From Potamilus streckersoni (taxonomy: Eukaryota), in NCBI GenBank assembly GCA_016746295.1, contig JAEAOA010000822.1:886104-950103 (forward strand): DNA of 64,000 nucleotides, read 5' to 3'. A program made the position numbers and the translations under genes. Of this stretch, positions 38,901 through 51,815 are shown in pieces; position 1 is the first letter of the stretch, and the number at the start of each line of letters is the position of its first letter. The notes beneath the pieces are model-generated. The model worked only from the letters and a program-made list of their open reading frames with translations. It had not been told where the DNA came from and searched no databases.

Positions 38901-39237
38901 GGATTGACATATTCACAAGAGTAATAATAAATTATGACCCTTACACATTCTATGACAGCAAACAAATGTTCAAATTCCATTACCATCATCCTGGTAGTTT
39001 ATCAGCACAAGAGATAACAAGAGTTTAAAAGTCACTTACAATCAGTAGAATAGTGACTGGCGACTCCTCCACCATCTTTGTACTATCTACTGGCACACTT
39101 TTCATATGCAAATGTGGGTATTGATTTGATGTGAGTCCAAGGATAGAGCCATTTATGTTTGCATAGTTACTAATGAGTTAGGGATATAAATTACTGGTAA
39201 AATGTAAAATGTGAAACCAACTGATAATGATTTATGA

Positions 39238-39469
39238 TGTTGTTGTTGTTGGGCATAACGCCATTTTTCAGCACATGATAGGCTCTTCATGGCTGCCAGT
39301 ATTAATGGTAGAGGAAGAAACCGGGAAATCACCGGAAAGAACCACCGACCTATGAGAAGCTACTGGCTTTCTTTCTCACATATCTACATTAGCCGAATCC
39401 TAGACTCGAACACACGCAGACAGAGGTGAGATGGACAGCGCTTTAGACCACTCGGCCACTCGGAGCCCC
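39238..39469 (-). mobile_element. tRNA-derived SINE (family 2) with (ACA)n tail, flanked by a perfect 16-bp target-site duplication tgataatgatttatga
   Basis: Minus-strand head is ggggctccgagtggccgagtggtctaaagcgctg..gtgttcgagtctagg (A box and B box). Tail tgttgttgttgttgg at 39238-39252. The duplication is at 39222-39237 and 39470-39485. The copy is CpG-rich. Confidence 0.8.
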
Positions 39470-40669
39470 TGATAATGATTTATGAGGATACACAAATGCA
39501 CTATTCAGTTATGCATTGGATATTTCATTATCATCAGACAATGAAATTAGGTCACTGTGCATGTTTTGACCCTAATACTATACTTCAACTTTAGATTAGG
39601 CCCTAAAATAAAAATCAGCTTTCCTAAAGCCAATGCAATAAGCAAAATATTTTGTTTTGCTATTTAAATGTACAAAATATGACCTTATTTAATGCAAGAT
39701 TTCAAAACGCATACAAAGGAGCATCATTTCAAAAAATTGTGATGCAAAACCACTTAAAGTTATTTCATAGTCTGAATATTATCTTTTGTTTTTAATCATT
39801 GGATATGAAATAAAAATTAAAATTAGTTTCTTAAATTCTCATCTTAACATTTATTAAACTTTTAAATAAAACCAAATATGATGTAAATTAATGTAAGATG
39901 AATAAATGTGTAAAATAAAACAACTGGTACATATATTTCAAAGCTGCAACATTCAAGTCATTTCAAGACAGAATTCTGCACTAGTATTTAAACATTAGAT
40001 ACAACCCTAACAATGAAAATCAAATTTCCTAATGTATCTGCAATCAACAAAAACTTTGTAAATTTTTTAACTGATACCAAATATAACTTGATTTAATGGA
40101 AGAAGATGAAATACTTTACAAATAGGCACCTGCCAATTTGACTATCGATGTCACACCTGTCCTTTGGACTCATTCTTCACATATCAAAATCCAATTGTCA
40201 CAAAACTTTAAAGGAAAGATACAAGATCTGCTATCTACCATTACTATCTGCTGTTGATATATCCAATAATAAGATCAATATGAAATAAGAAGATATGTGT
40301 CCTTGCTAGTCGTATTATCAAACAATTATTTTTATGTAACTTTATAATGGCCAAGAGTTCATGATGTGATGCCAATAGAGTATTTTCTTACACTTCTAGT
40401 TCATTCCCATAATTTTAAATATGACATCTGTACATAATAATACTAACTTAAAATTGAGCTTACATATTCCTCCATTGTGTCAAGTTGAGAGTTCTGAGCT
40501 TGAAGCTCTGCGTCCATATCAGCTGCTAAAAGTTTTAAGTCTTCCAGCACCTCCATGCTTTGATCTTCTTTATATTCCTAGAATTGACAAGATTTTCCCA
40601 ATGTATACCATGGCATCCATGTTGGTGTATAGGGGCACCATTTTCATTACAATTAAATAAATTGCAGGA

Positions 40670-40670
<1 letters not shown>

Positions 40671-40730
<60 letters not shown>

Positions 40731-41032
40731 CTTTGCTTTTTTACATAACTTTAGCAATTTTTCAGTCATATCGCTATCTGCAGTGTGGCATTTTATAGTG
40801 ATATGTAGCACTGGGGTATCAAGCAATTGTATTGTAGAATCATGTCCCACCCAATAACATTATCATGACACCACAGTGACCAGTCCTAACACTAACCTCT
40901 TGATGCTGAGCACCAAATGAGACAGCTGATAGTACCATTCAAATAACTTTTTGGAATGACTCAGCCATAATTCGAACCTGTGATCTCCCGTATCTAAGGC
41001 AGACACTCGACTACTTAGGCCATAAAGCAGTC
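40671..41032 (-). mobile_element. tRNA-derived SINE (family 1), copy C, with (TG)n of about 58 bp as its tail
   Basis: Body ...cagtcatatcgctatctgcag..gtagcactgggg..catgtcccaccc..catgacacca..ccagtcctaacactaacctcttgatgctgagca. ORFs 40560..40748, 40653..40850 and 40672..40857 (poly-CV/HT) are artefacts. Confidence 0.7.
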
Positions 41033-41920
41033 AGTAGATTGTAGAAAGAATGTGTTTCAATTAAACTCATTATGAAGAATAGTGACAAGGTTTTTATGGT
41101 GGCCACACTGGTAGTTCTTCTGGATCAACAAGAGGGTACCATTTTTATTTAGTACCATCTTGACCCCAGGACAACTTGCATGATTCAAGTTTCATCACAA
41201 TTCATGGTTTAGGCAATGTGATAACAAGACTTTAAAAACTGCCACACAGTCAAACTAGTGGCAATTCTGATTGCCTGATGGGCACCATTTTTCCTATAGG
41301 ACTGATCAGATGTATGCTTTTGTTGTTTAGGACAAGTTAAGATTACAAAAAATATATGCTAATGTTCAGATCCAGAACAACCAACAACAAGCCACTGTGT
41401 ACGTAAAACATTTACCTCTTGTCCTAATGCAGTAACTGATAATCAACCTGCAGAAACTCCAAGCTAACCAATCTAATTGCACAGCTTAGTACCAGACATT
41501 TTTTTCTCACAGGTGGGTTGGTCAAGCAGTGTGTATGTCACCTGTACTGGGTTTTTTAATAAGATATTCAATTTCAAAACATGTTTAAGTCCAACATCTC
41601 TTCTCCAGATTTCATACAATTATTTGCTACATGCTTACAAAGAGGAAAATTATTATTTTAAAATATAATGGGGCCTGCAATTTTAGTTTGAGCTGAAATA
41701 TTGTATTTTCTTTTTATCTCAATATAATTACTTTTTATTCATATATGATCAATATAATATGGTCTTATTTTACTATAAATTAGTGCAATTTTTTTCCAGA
41801 AAGCATTGTGTTAGACCATATATCTTGGCCAAATAGTCTTGCATATTTTTAACGTACATGTCGCCAAAGAAAGCAATCATAGACCAAATTTGGCCTATCA
41901 TTAATGAAAGTTAGTGGTAT

Positions 41921-41940
41921 TATAATAATAATGATGATGC

Positions 41941-41997
<57 letters not shown>

Positions 41998-42125
41998 TAT
42001 AATAATAATAAAAATAACAACAGCAACAACAATAATAATAACAGCAACAATAATAATAATAATAATAATAACAATAATAATAATAACAGCAACAATGATA
42101 ATAATAACAACAACAATAATAATAC
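41921..42125. repeat. Compound (AAT)n/(AAC)n microsatellite, about 200 bp
   Basis: Direct reading. Confidence 0.95.
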
Positions 42126-42339
42126 TAATTAATAAAATCTGCTACAAGATTTTTCAGGAATTTCTGTACATTTCTTACTGATGGAAACTGAAAAGTATCA
42201 TGTAACAAAACCACTTGAAAAAATAATGATAAAAGGTAATGTCACAACTAAAGAGCACTGTAATGAATCTGCACCAATAATAATATACAAAATTAAAAGC
42301 TTTCACACAAGAATACTTTTTGTCCAATCAAGTAAAAGC

Positions 42340-43500
42340 CTATTAAGCAGTTTTTGCAAAGAAGTCATTCAAAGTTGTTCTACTTTTTTTATTAGTGGCC
42401 ACATATGATGACTGATTGGAATTATTCATATAAAATTGAAAGGCCCTCAACCTAGGATTTGTTCTGTCCAATTGGGTCAAATTCTATTAAAGGTTTTTGA
42501 GAAGCTGTTGAAAGCTTTTCCATTTTTAGTTAATGGCAGACATTGTCAAAGAGCAGTACTGTACAAATTTGAAAGAACTTGATGCTAGAATGATTTCTGT
42601 CCAGTTTGGACCAATTACGTTTATTGTTTTTTGAAGAAGTAGTTTAAAAGTTTTTCTATCTGCAGTGATGGTGGCCACATCTGATAAAAGATCTAATTCT
42701 TTTTAGAAGTTTGAGAGGTCTTCATGCCAGAATATTTTCTAATTTGGTTTAAATCCTGCTAAAGAGTTTTAGCAAAGAAGTTGTCAAAAATCTTTTCTAT
42801 ATTTTTGAAAGTGGCAATATATGATGGATGACTGGCATTGTTTTTACAAAATTAAAATGCCAGCTTGCCAGAAAAAAAATAGTTTTATGAGCCTACTGTA
42901 TTGCAATACAGCTTCTAATTTACCTGGGTCTGAGTTAGTGAGAAAGTGATATAAGATAGACAAGTCAGCCAGAAAGTATGAGATAGACCTGGGTCTGAGT
43001 CAGTGAAAAAGTGGTATTAGATAGACAAGTCAGTCAGAAAGTATGAGATAGACAAGTCAGTGAGAAAGTGGTATGAGATAGACAAGTCAAATCAAATTCA
43101 ATTACATTCTGCTCAGTAGTTATTACAATGAATTCATTTAATGGTTTTTCTATTTTTAGTAACATCATCCATATCTGATTATGGATTCCCCTCATTTTTA
43201 TAAACTTGAAATACCTTGATGCCAGAATGCTTCACAAATTTGCTCAAATTCTCTTTAGCAGTTCTGAGATTTAGTTATTTAAGGGCTTTCTATTCCAAGG
43301 AATGGTTGTCATATTTGACTGCTTTTGGTACCAATGTGCAAAATTGATTAGCCTTTCATGCTAGACTGCATTATCAAAATTGGTCAAGTTCTATTCTGCT
43401 GACTTTTTAAAGTCCTTAAAACATTTTTCTATTTACAATTTAGTAACAACTGCCATACAAGATGGCATATCAGCATTGTGCCTATAAAATTGAACAGTTT
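42340..43500. repeat. Degenerate satellite with roughly 125-150-bp period, about 7 units, interrupted by a different short tandem at 42930-43090
   Basis: Recurring module ..tttttctat.ttttagtaatggc.acat.tgat...aaatt.gaaag.acttgatgccagaatg...tttggtcaaattctatt..ag..gttt.a.ag.. at about 42395, 42520, 42655, 42805, 43150, 43300 and 43440. Confidence 0.55.
42930..43090. repeat. About 5 copies of a roughly 32-bp unit (agaaagtrtgagatagacaagtcagt..)
   Basis: Visual. Confidence 0.75.
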
Positions 43501-43539
43501 TTGTTAATAATGCCAGGATCCTCCCAGCCAACATTGGTT

Positions 43540-44170
43540 GAAACTGAGCTAACGAGTTTCTTTTAAGAAATGGACTAAAGTGTACCATGTTATAGACAAG
43601 GCAGATGAATAATGAGGTACAAAATGCACAGTATATTCCTCCCTTGTAATAACAATGTTTAAAGTAGCCATAAAATATGCCATGTTATAGACAAGGTAGG
43701 CCAATACTGAGGTGCATTATGCGCCATACATTCCTCCCTCATTTTAGCAATGTCCTAAGAAGCCATATGAGTACAGTCCCATTGGTAAGGGACACTTGTA
43801 CTGGCACAAATTAAAAAATGTGAAGTCCTCCCTCATTATAAGCTGCTCCGGTGGCCTCAGTTGCAGAAAGTCATGGTATCAGGATAACATTACTGAGAGG
43901 GAGCCTCATCTCTTTAGCATGATGCCCCATGCTAGACATCATTTCAAGCCGACACACTGCAGGTATCATAGTAATATGACTAAAAATCTAAATCACACAC
44001 ACTCATTATAACAATGTTCAGGAGAGCCATAAAAGTGTACCCTGCTATAGACAATGCTGCCTTATACTGGAGTTTATTATACACAGTAAAAGGTCCCTCA
44101 TTATAACACTCTTCAAAGTGGCCATAAAGTGTACCATGTTATAGGCAAGGCTACCCTATAATGAGGTACA
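43540..44170. repeat. About 6 copies of a roughly 100-bp unit with inverted termini (..tccctcattataacaatgtt.aaagtagccataaaagtgtaccatgttatagacaaggc.gccaataatgaggtaca..)
   Basis: cctcattat at the unit start is the reverse complement of ataatgagg at the unit end, in every unit. ORF 43796..44011(+) lies inside the array. Confidence 0.6.
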
Positions 44171-44199
44171 TGGAATAAAAAAGTTAAGTCATCAGTATT

Positions 44200-44410
44200 A
44201 TGCAATCTATGGCCAAACTCAGAGAATGTGTTATACATCAATCATGTTATACCAAAGAATGTGTTATACACCCATCATGTGATACCAGTGAATGTGTTAT
44301 ACATGATTCATGTGTTATCAGAGAATGTGTTATACACCAATCATGTAACACCAAAGAATGTTATACACCAATCATGTTATACATGATAATTTATTACACA
44401 CCATGTTAAA
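44200..44410. repeat. About 6 copies of a roughly 31-33-bp unit (gaatgtgttatacaccaatcatgttataccaaa)
   Basis: ORF 44200..44409 has a periodic ECVIHxSC translation and is an artefact. Confidence 0.85.
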
Positions 44411-45419
44411 CAAAGAGAATGTGTTATACCACAGAATTACTTAATTTGATCCAGGTCTCTTTCAAACACTCAAGAGGGCTTTATTAATCCATCATCCAAT
44501 ATCCACCTTTGATGCTCATAGACAGAACATTTGTGATAGGCATATACATATAGTACCAGAATCTTTAAAAGGTTTCCACTATATTATCTATTATTATTTA
44601 CGGTCCTTTGTTCAATCATTTGAATTAAAGGCAACTCAGGAATTATAGACATGTAAATATTCCACTGGCAAATTAACTTTTATGTAAAAGCATCAATCAG
44701 AAAATGGGTTACTGCATCCATTGCTAAACCTGTATCTACTTGTATCAAGTAAGCAGGATTTAAGATATGTAGTAGGGAGAGGTGGAGGGTAAAGAGCCTA
44801 CTGAGTAACATGAGAGGTTTAAGTCACAGTGTGGAGTCAATGAGGAAGTGGTGAAATGTTGACAAGTCAAATAACAATGACATACTTATAATTGTATTTC
44901 CTCTATGATAATCCCTTGCGAAACACCATGTAAATTCCTTGAAAATTAAGCTGTGGACCTATCATTGGCAAAACCATATTTATATCAATCAAATTCATTA
45001 GAATTTTAAAAATGAATGGAATAAGCTGATCAACAAACAAGGTCTGTTATGGAATAATTACAGCAAGCAGGTTGAGTGTTTGGTGCCAGAAAGACATCAC
45101 TGGTAATGAGTAAAGAAAAGTACTAGTATCAAGGCATCCTACATACATGTCAGTCTGTTATACACATTAAGGTCTCACAAGATGACAACCTTCTACTCAG
45201 TGTAGCATGCAATTCTTGTTGTCTATTGACTCTGCAGTGAATAAAATGTACAGCAATCCAATATTAATCCAACTGCAAAGAAAGTTTGGTGAAACTTAAA
45301 AACTAAACTCTTCATGCATGGCTCTGGTGCTGGCTCTAAATTAGAGGACACTGAAGCAGAGGACACAAAAGTGGAAGGCACTAAAGAAATCCAGACTTTG
45401 TAGTCAGTATGGGTCACTA

Positions 45420-45660
45420 GTAGTGGTGAATAATCAAAATAACTAAAGACTTGTCAGAACAGTCAAACAACCAAACACTTGATAATGAATGTTCAGGATA
45501 GTCACACATCTAGGAAATTGATTATAATTGGTCAAAATAGTCAAACCGCCAAGCATTTAATTATGATTGGTCAGAACAGTCGAATGGTCAAACATTTGGT
45601 TTTGACTCAGTAGAATAACTAAACAGCCAAACATGTGATTATGATTTAATATAACTTTAA
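45420..45660. repeat. About 5 degenerate copies of a roughly 40-bp unit (attggtcagaacagtcaaacaaccaaacacttgataatga)
   Basis: Visual. Confidence 0.65.
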
Positions 45661-46848
45661 GAAGCATAGGACAAACCAAATGCCATGGTAATCTCCACTT
45701 TTCTACATGAAGTTCTGATAGTGACCATTTGGGGTAATGTTCTAGTAGCCTATGTTATTACCATAATTGATAATTCATCAACCAATCATATGAAGTCTTA
45801 CATTTTTACATTTGGTGACTGAGCAGTGTGGTTAAGAGCATGAATGTGTACTGAACAATTTGATCAACTTTCAGATTTTTGAAAGCTGCATTTCCATTGG
45901 CAAAACCAAAGGTCACCAGAACATAACCCTTAAGTGGTCCCTTGTCAGATCTTCATGTAGGAGAATGGAGATCTTATTTTAAACAGACTGACTGCATGGC
46001 AGATGAAAATATGCTGGTGGACTATTCAACTTTATCGAAAACAAGACACTTCACCATTACCAGGTATGCAAGAAAAACATTTTCCCATAAAACAAAAAAC
46101 AAAATAATAAAATCAATGTTTGATTAGTTATGATCAACTGTTAATCAATTTGTAGCTTTCAACTGTTTCCCCATCAGTAGGCTACTGCATACTCCTGAAA
46201 AAAACAAAAGGATTCAACCCTGGACTGCATAGGTGCAAAAGATCTTGTATTACCACTGTCATATTTAGGTTACCATGCCCTTGATAATGTACAGAATGAC
46301 AATCTAAACTGCAATGATAAAGAAATGCTAAAAGCCTGGGAATATCTTACCTCAGATGATATGCAACATGCCTTTAACAAAGCTTTTGATTCATCAATGA
46401 AGGTGGAGAAGGGGAATAAGGATTTCATGGTTTGATAAAAGTCCACAGACTCTCTTTTAATCAGGTCACTCATGTTCAACAGCTCACTTTCATCCACTTC
46501 TTTGTCCTGATGGAAAAAATAAATTAAAGTATTTATCTATAAACAATGCAAACCTAACTGCAGACAGCCATGATCTATATTTCTCATGCCAACAGATCAG
46601 TTTATATGATGTGCATTTCTTTTACTCATCATGTCATGCAAACAGCCAAAAGACATATATGAAATAACAACTTATGACAATAGACCATATTCTATGCTAA
46701 TTGCAGGAATGAGAATGAAAAATGTCAGAATTCAGTAAATTGTCTTAGAAATCCACCTGATATGGTGTTGGTTGTATGCTATACATGGCTCAATACAGGA
46801 CCACTGACATATTTCCTAAAGGCACAGATCCAGATCTGTCTTATCACT

Positions 46849-47180
46849 GTGTGTGTGTGTGTGTGTGTGTGTGATTTGCATCTTTAATGTAGCTTTAAAA
46901 AACTTTCAGTCATATCACTATGATGTCTGAAGTGTGGCAGTACTGAGTGATGTCCAACAATGAGGCATCATGCCGCAGACATGTGGTATCATGTCCCACC
47001 CAGTCACATTACCATGACACCAGGCCAACGAGTCCTAACACTAACCTCTTAATGCTGAGACAGCTGCTATTATCATTTTTTTAAAGTCTTTGGTATGACT
47101 CAGCCAGGGTTAGAACCCACAACCTGCCACATCCAAGGTGGACACTCTAACCATTTAGACCACTGGAGCTGTAACCCCCG
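46849..47180 (-). mobile_element. tRNA-derived SINE (family 1), copy D, (TG)n tail at 46849-46873; best-preserved tRNA head
   Basis: Minus-strand head is ggggttacagctccagtggtctaaatggttagagtgtccaccttggatgtggcaggttgtgggttctaaccctggctgagtcatacc. The conserved body is shared with copies A to C. Confidence 0.75.
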
Positions 47181-48261
47181 TTTGGTGTTAGATGTATGCT
47201 ATACATAAATCAGTACAGTACAACATCTGTACATGGCAAACCATGCCTGAGCTTTTAGTTTTTAATCATAAATTTTTCAGAATATCATATTTATCCAAAA
47301 ATGGCTCTTGTCCATCACTTCTCCTTGTCATCACCAGGTGTCACTAGTTTCAAGCTGAGAGAAGCATCATGGGGGGGATATTCAGTGTATATGGGTGGGG
47401 AGAGAATATTAAAATAATGCAATTAGAAGAAAGTGGGTTGACTAACATCTTCTAAAAGGATGGCCAACTATATTTGTAGATCATTCTGATTGGGATACCA
47501 TTATTCCAAATAATCAGTAAGCAAGTGTCCCCTCTGACTGACAAAGGCATGAGAAATCAGTGAATCCATATCCTGTGTGTACTGGGGCACTAAACTGAGC
47601 ATCAGGTGAACTGAGGGACCTGTGGTTCATCATTGAGAATGCCTTATGATGTGGAGCAAACAAACAGACATTCCAACCTTTGGCTTAAAAAGTAAGATGG
47701 ACTGTGGGGTAACCTGTTGCAGTCTGAGACATATGGTAGAGTTCAGTGTCATTTATCCTGCATGACACTGTGTTATTATTTGCTTTGTGACATGTTAGGG
47801 GATAAATAGTCCATAAGCTAATATGCAAGATTATATCAGAGTAGGCTTGCTTTAATCTCCATCTAGTTCCAATATAATCAAGAAAGTTTTTCATCTAAGC
47901 TTACAATGTTTGGTTGACTGTGGTGGTAAGATATGGTTCCTTCCAAATGGTTGCTAAGTAAATGCTTCATTTGAGTGACAAAGGCACTGTAGCATCACTA
48001 TTCATACTTTCTAAGTGGACAAAAACACTTCAACTTGTAAGACAATTTTACCCATAGGGAATGCCAAAAGGATAACAATACAGGTAATTGAAGAAGAAAC
48101 TGAATTTTGTAATACAGTAAAACCTTTTATGAGAGACCATCCCATCTACCAACAAAAAAGTGGTCTCTCAAGACAGGTGGTCTCTTATAGCATGTTTGTA
48201 CAAAAAGACCAGTTTCAAATGTCCATATTCAGAATAATTTTTAAAAAGATAGCCACAATCA

Positions 48262-48264
<3 letters not shown>

Positions 48265-48340
<76 letters not shown>
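48265..48340. repeat. (TA)n microsatellite of about 38 repeats
   Basis: Direct reading. The poly-IY tail of ORF 48015..48350 is an artefact. Confidence 0.95.
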
Positions 48341-48867
48341 TCTTTATTAATAGTTCTTGCTAAAGTATTGTAGGCATTCATCTTAAAAAAAATATATAGC
48401 AATAAAGATATACTTCCATCACATAACTGTATTATTCTAATTTGGTTACATCATATTATTCGACCAAATGCCTCATTTAATAAACTATTCAAGGCTGAAG
48501 TGAATAAGAAGCAAATATTTGGTACATGCCTAATATGTAATTGTTTTTATTATCTGACTTTTTATTAAGATAAGATTCCACAGTAATTAATAAGTATAGA
48601 GACAAGACTGTGTGTTGTTTTGAATGGTTTAAAACTCCTTAATAAAAATCAATATTTTTAGTTAATTATGAAATCCTAATAATTTTAAATCATATTTGCC
48701 AAAACTTGTCATTCCATATGAAAGCAGAAATAACTATATTGGAGAGACATACTAATTGAAAAACAGACAGATGGGTGAATAGACAAAGAAAAAAATTACT
48801 GTATAAGTTAAGTGCAAAGGGTACTCAAGCACAATGGCATATTTTAAAACAAAACACTTGCATTCTC

Positions 48868-49861
48868 TCATAGTAAAATGATGTTAGTCATAGTAAAATG
48901 ATGTCAGTCATAGTAAAATGATGTCAGTCATACTAAAATGATGTCAGTCATAGTAAAATGATGTCAGTCATAGTAAAATGTCAGTCATAGTAAAATGATG
49001 TCAGTCATAGTAAAATGATGTTAATCATAGTAAAATGATGTCAGTCATAGTAAAATGATGTCAGTCATAGTAAAATGATGTCAGTCATAGTAAAATGATG
49101 TCAGTCATAGTAAAATGATGTCAGTCATAGTAAAATGATGTCAGTCATCATAAAATGTCAGTCATACTAAAATGATGTCAGTCATAGTAAAATGATGTCA
49201 GTCATAGTAAAATGTCAGTCATAGTAAAATGATGTCAGTCATAGTAAAATGATGTCAGTCATAGTAAAATGATGTCAGTCATACTAAAATGATGTCAGTC
49301 ATAGTAAAATGATGTCAGTCATAGTAAAATGATGTCAGTCATAGTAAAATGATGTCAGTCATAGTAAAATGATGTCAGTCATAGTAAAATGTCAGTCATA
49401 GTAAAATGATGTCAGTCATAGTAAAATGATGTCAGTCATACTAAAATGATGTCAGTCATAGTAAAATGTCAGTCATAGTAAAATGATGTCAGTCATAGTA
49501 AAATGATGTCAGTCATAGTAAAATGATGTCAGTCATAGTAAAATGATGTCAGTCATAGTAAAATGATGTTAGTCATCATAAAATGTCAGTCATAGTAAAA
49601 TGATGTCAGTCATAGTAAAATGATGTCAGTCATAGTAAAATGTCAGTCATAGTAAAATGATGTCAGTCATAGTAAAATGATGTCAGTCATACTAAAATGA
49701 TGTCAGTCATAGTAAAATGTCAGTCATAGTAAAATGATGTCAGTCATAGTAAAATGATGTTAGTCATCATAAAATGTCAGTCATAGTAAAATGATGTCAG
49801 TCATAGTAAAATGTCAGTCATAGTAAAATGTCAGTCATCATAAAATGATGTTAGTCATCAT
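48868..49861. repeat. 20-bp tandem satellite of about 50 copies (atagtaaaatgatgtcagtc), with recurrent 17-bp deletion variants (atagtaaaatgtcagtc)
   Basis: Visible periodicity. Confidence 0.95.
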
Positions 49862-50376
49862 TGGCAGAGCAATGTCAGATACTTGGTTTGAGTCTGTGGA
49901 ACCTTGCATGCATATGTGAGTGTTACAGCAATGGCAACTTTGGAAATTTTACAAATCAAAACACTGCAAAATGAGAAGTCATATAATACTATAAAACACT
50001 TACCCTTATGAAGTGAATTTTAAAGTTTTTAAGTTTTAAGTTAGACTCAAATTGACCAAAGAATAGTAATGGGTTCACTGATTTATAGTTTCATAATTAC
50101 TGAAAGAAAAGTCTAGAGTTGTTTTTATTACATTACTATTTTTTAAAAAAAGTTATAGCTGAATTTGTTTTTGCAAAGTAAAAGATACTTTAGGCTGCAT
50201 CATACGACACACAAATATGATCTTACATTGTCACATGCTAGTCAATAATGCTATAACCATGACAACACATGTTACATTAGACCATCCAATGAAATTACAG
50301 CATTCACAGTAATCATGTGATATCTGGTCTTGGTATTTACTGTTTGCATCAGAGAACACATCACATATTGATACAT

Positions 50377-50379
50377 TAT

Positions 50380-50448
<69 letters not shown>
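50377..50448. repeat. (ATA)n/(AAT)n microsatellite; possibly the 3' tail of the minus-strand LINE at 50983-51795
   Basis: Direct reading. The link to the LINE rests only on position and orientation. Confidence 0.8.
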
Positions 50449-50449
<1 letters not shown>

Positions 50450-50982
50450 TATTTATTGACGGTGACTCATTAGTCAAGGATTAGTCTCCCTTGTGACCCT
50501 CTTAAGGTGAGTTTAACAATGCACATTATATGAAGATAGCAATAATTACTGTTTATTTTAACAAGACCATTTAGTATTAAAATACTAAATTTCATTATCT
50601 ATTAGAAACACTTACATGCTCATGATATCTCTTTTTAAGTACTCTAATATTTTCAGCTGATTTTACATGTAATTAAAGCTTGTTCCACAGAACTGTACCA
50701 GAGGACTGAAAGCTCTTTAAATTGCTGTTCTTGGTTTAGGTGCTAGAAGGTTTCCATGTCATATTCAACACAACTGGTATTTTGTTGAAAAAGGCCTGAA
50801 TAAGTCCTGAAGATACTCTGGTGCAGTTGCATGTAGACGTTTATATACAAGAACTGCCTTGTGAAAATCTATCCTTCATATATTGTGAACCATTTGAGTT
50901 TTGTAAACAATGCTTTTGAAAGATGCATCTAAAATTGTGTGCTGCTCATTTCTGAAGTTTACCAATCTTGTCAAACTCCGAT

Positions 50983-51795
50983 TTAGCTGTTTCTCCATAC
51001 ATTTGAACAATAATCCATTGTTGAAAGAATATATGACTTGTAGTAAAGATTGTTATTTTTCATAGCTAAATATTTCTTGATTCTGCCAAGTAGGGCAACT
51101 TTAGATGACAGTGTTTTACAAAGCCTATCAATATGGTCATTCCATAATAAATTATTATCTACAGACACACATACAAGCTTTTCATGTTTGACATTTTCTA
51201 ACGGATGATTATTTATTACAAGAGATAGTTTTAGGTTCCCTGGCTTGTGTAGCTTTTGTGATGTCCCCAAAATCAAACATTTTGTTTTACCTGCCTTAAT
51301 TATATTCCTATTTTATTGTGCCCAGTTTTGGATTCTAATAAGGTCTGAGTTTAATCTCATTTGGATAACTTCAGTATCAGAACTAGATGTATACAAGGTT
51401 GCATCATCTGAAAACAAATCTATAATTGTGAATTCATTATTTAATGGTAGATCATTGATACAGATAAGGAAGTGGAGAGGGCGTAAAACTGAGCCTTGAG
51501 GGACACCTGAATGAATAGTGCAAGTCTGAGAGCTAATATTGCCAATGCTTACTTGTTGAAATATGTGGTTTATGTATGATCTAAACTGTTTAAAGGATTG
51601 TTAAACCTTTAACAATTCAACCTTTGCAGCAGAATTTCATGATCAACAACAAGATCAAAGACTTTCTTGTAGTCAAAGAAAACAATCCCAGTCATATGTC
51701 CATTATCCATTTTCTTCAGCCAAAGATGAGTTAATTTGGTAAGTTCTGTTTGGCATGAGTGGTACTTTCTAAATCCTGATTACACTTCATGAAAT
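50983..51795 (-). mobile_element. 5'-truncated non-LTR retrotransposon (CR1/L2/RTE/Jockey-type) reverse-transcriptase fragment; one internal stop
   Basis: Minus-strand translation gives KYHSCQTELTKLTHLWLKKMDNGHMTGIVFFDYKKVFDLVDHEILLQRL (RT domains 1-2), then SGVPQGSVLRPLHFLICINDLP (RT domain 4), then FSDDATLY (FADD box, RT domain 5), then a stop. It continues as ORF 50983..51276(-) ..LSLVINNHPLENVKHEKLVCVSVDNNLLWNDHIDRLCKTLSSKVALLGRIKKYLAMKNNNLYYKSYILSTMDYCSNVW, which is the typical RT C-terminal tail. Confidence 0.8.
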
Positions 51796-51815
51796 AGAGA
51801 GTATGTTTCAAAATA

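Noticed and set aside
46770-47210. A 23-bp near-repeat (ggtgttggttgtatgctatacat and ggtgttagatgtatgctatacat) flanking SINE copy D as a target-site duplication
   Set aside because: The upstream copy lies about 60 bp away from the SINE tail and is not flush with it. It is more likely a local duplication or a complex insertion, so it is not called as a duplication.
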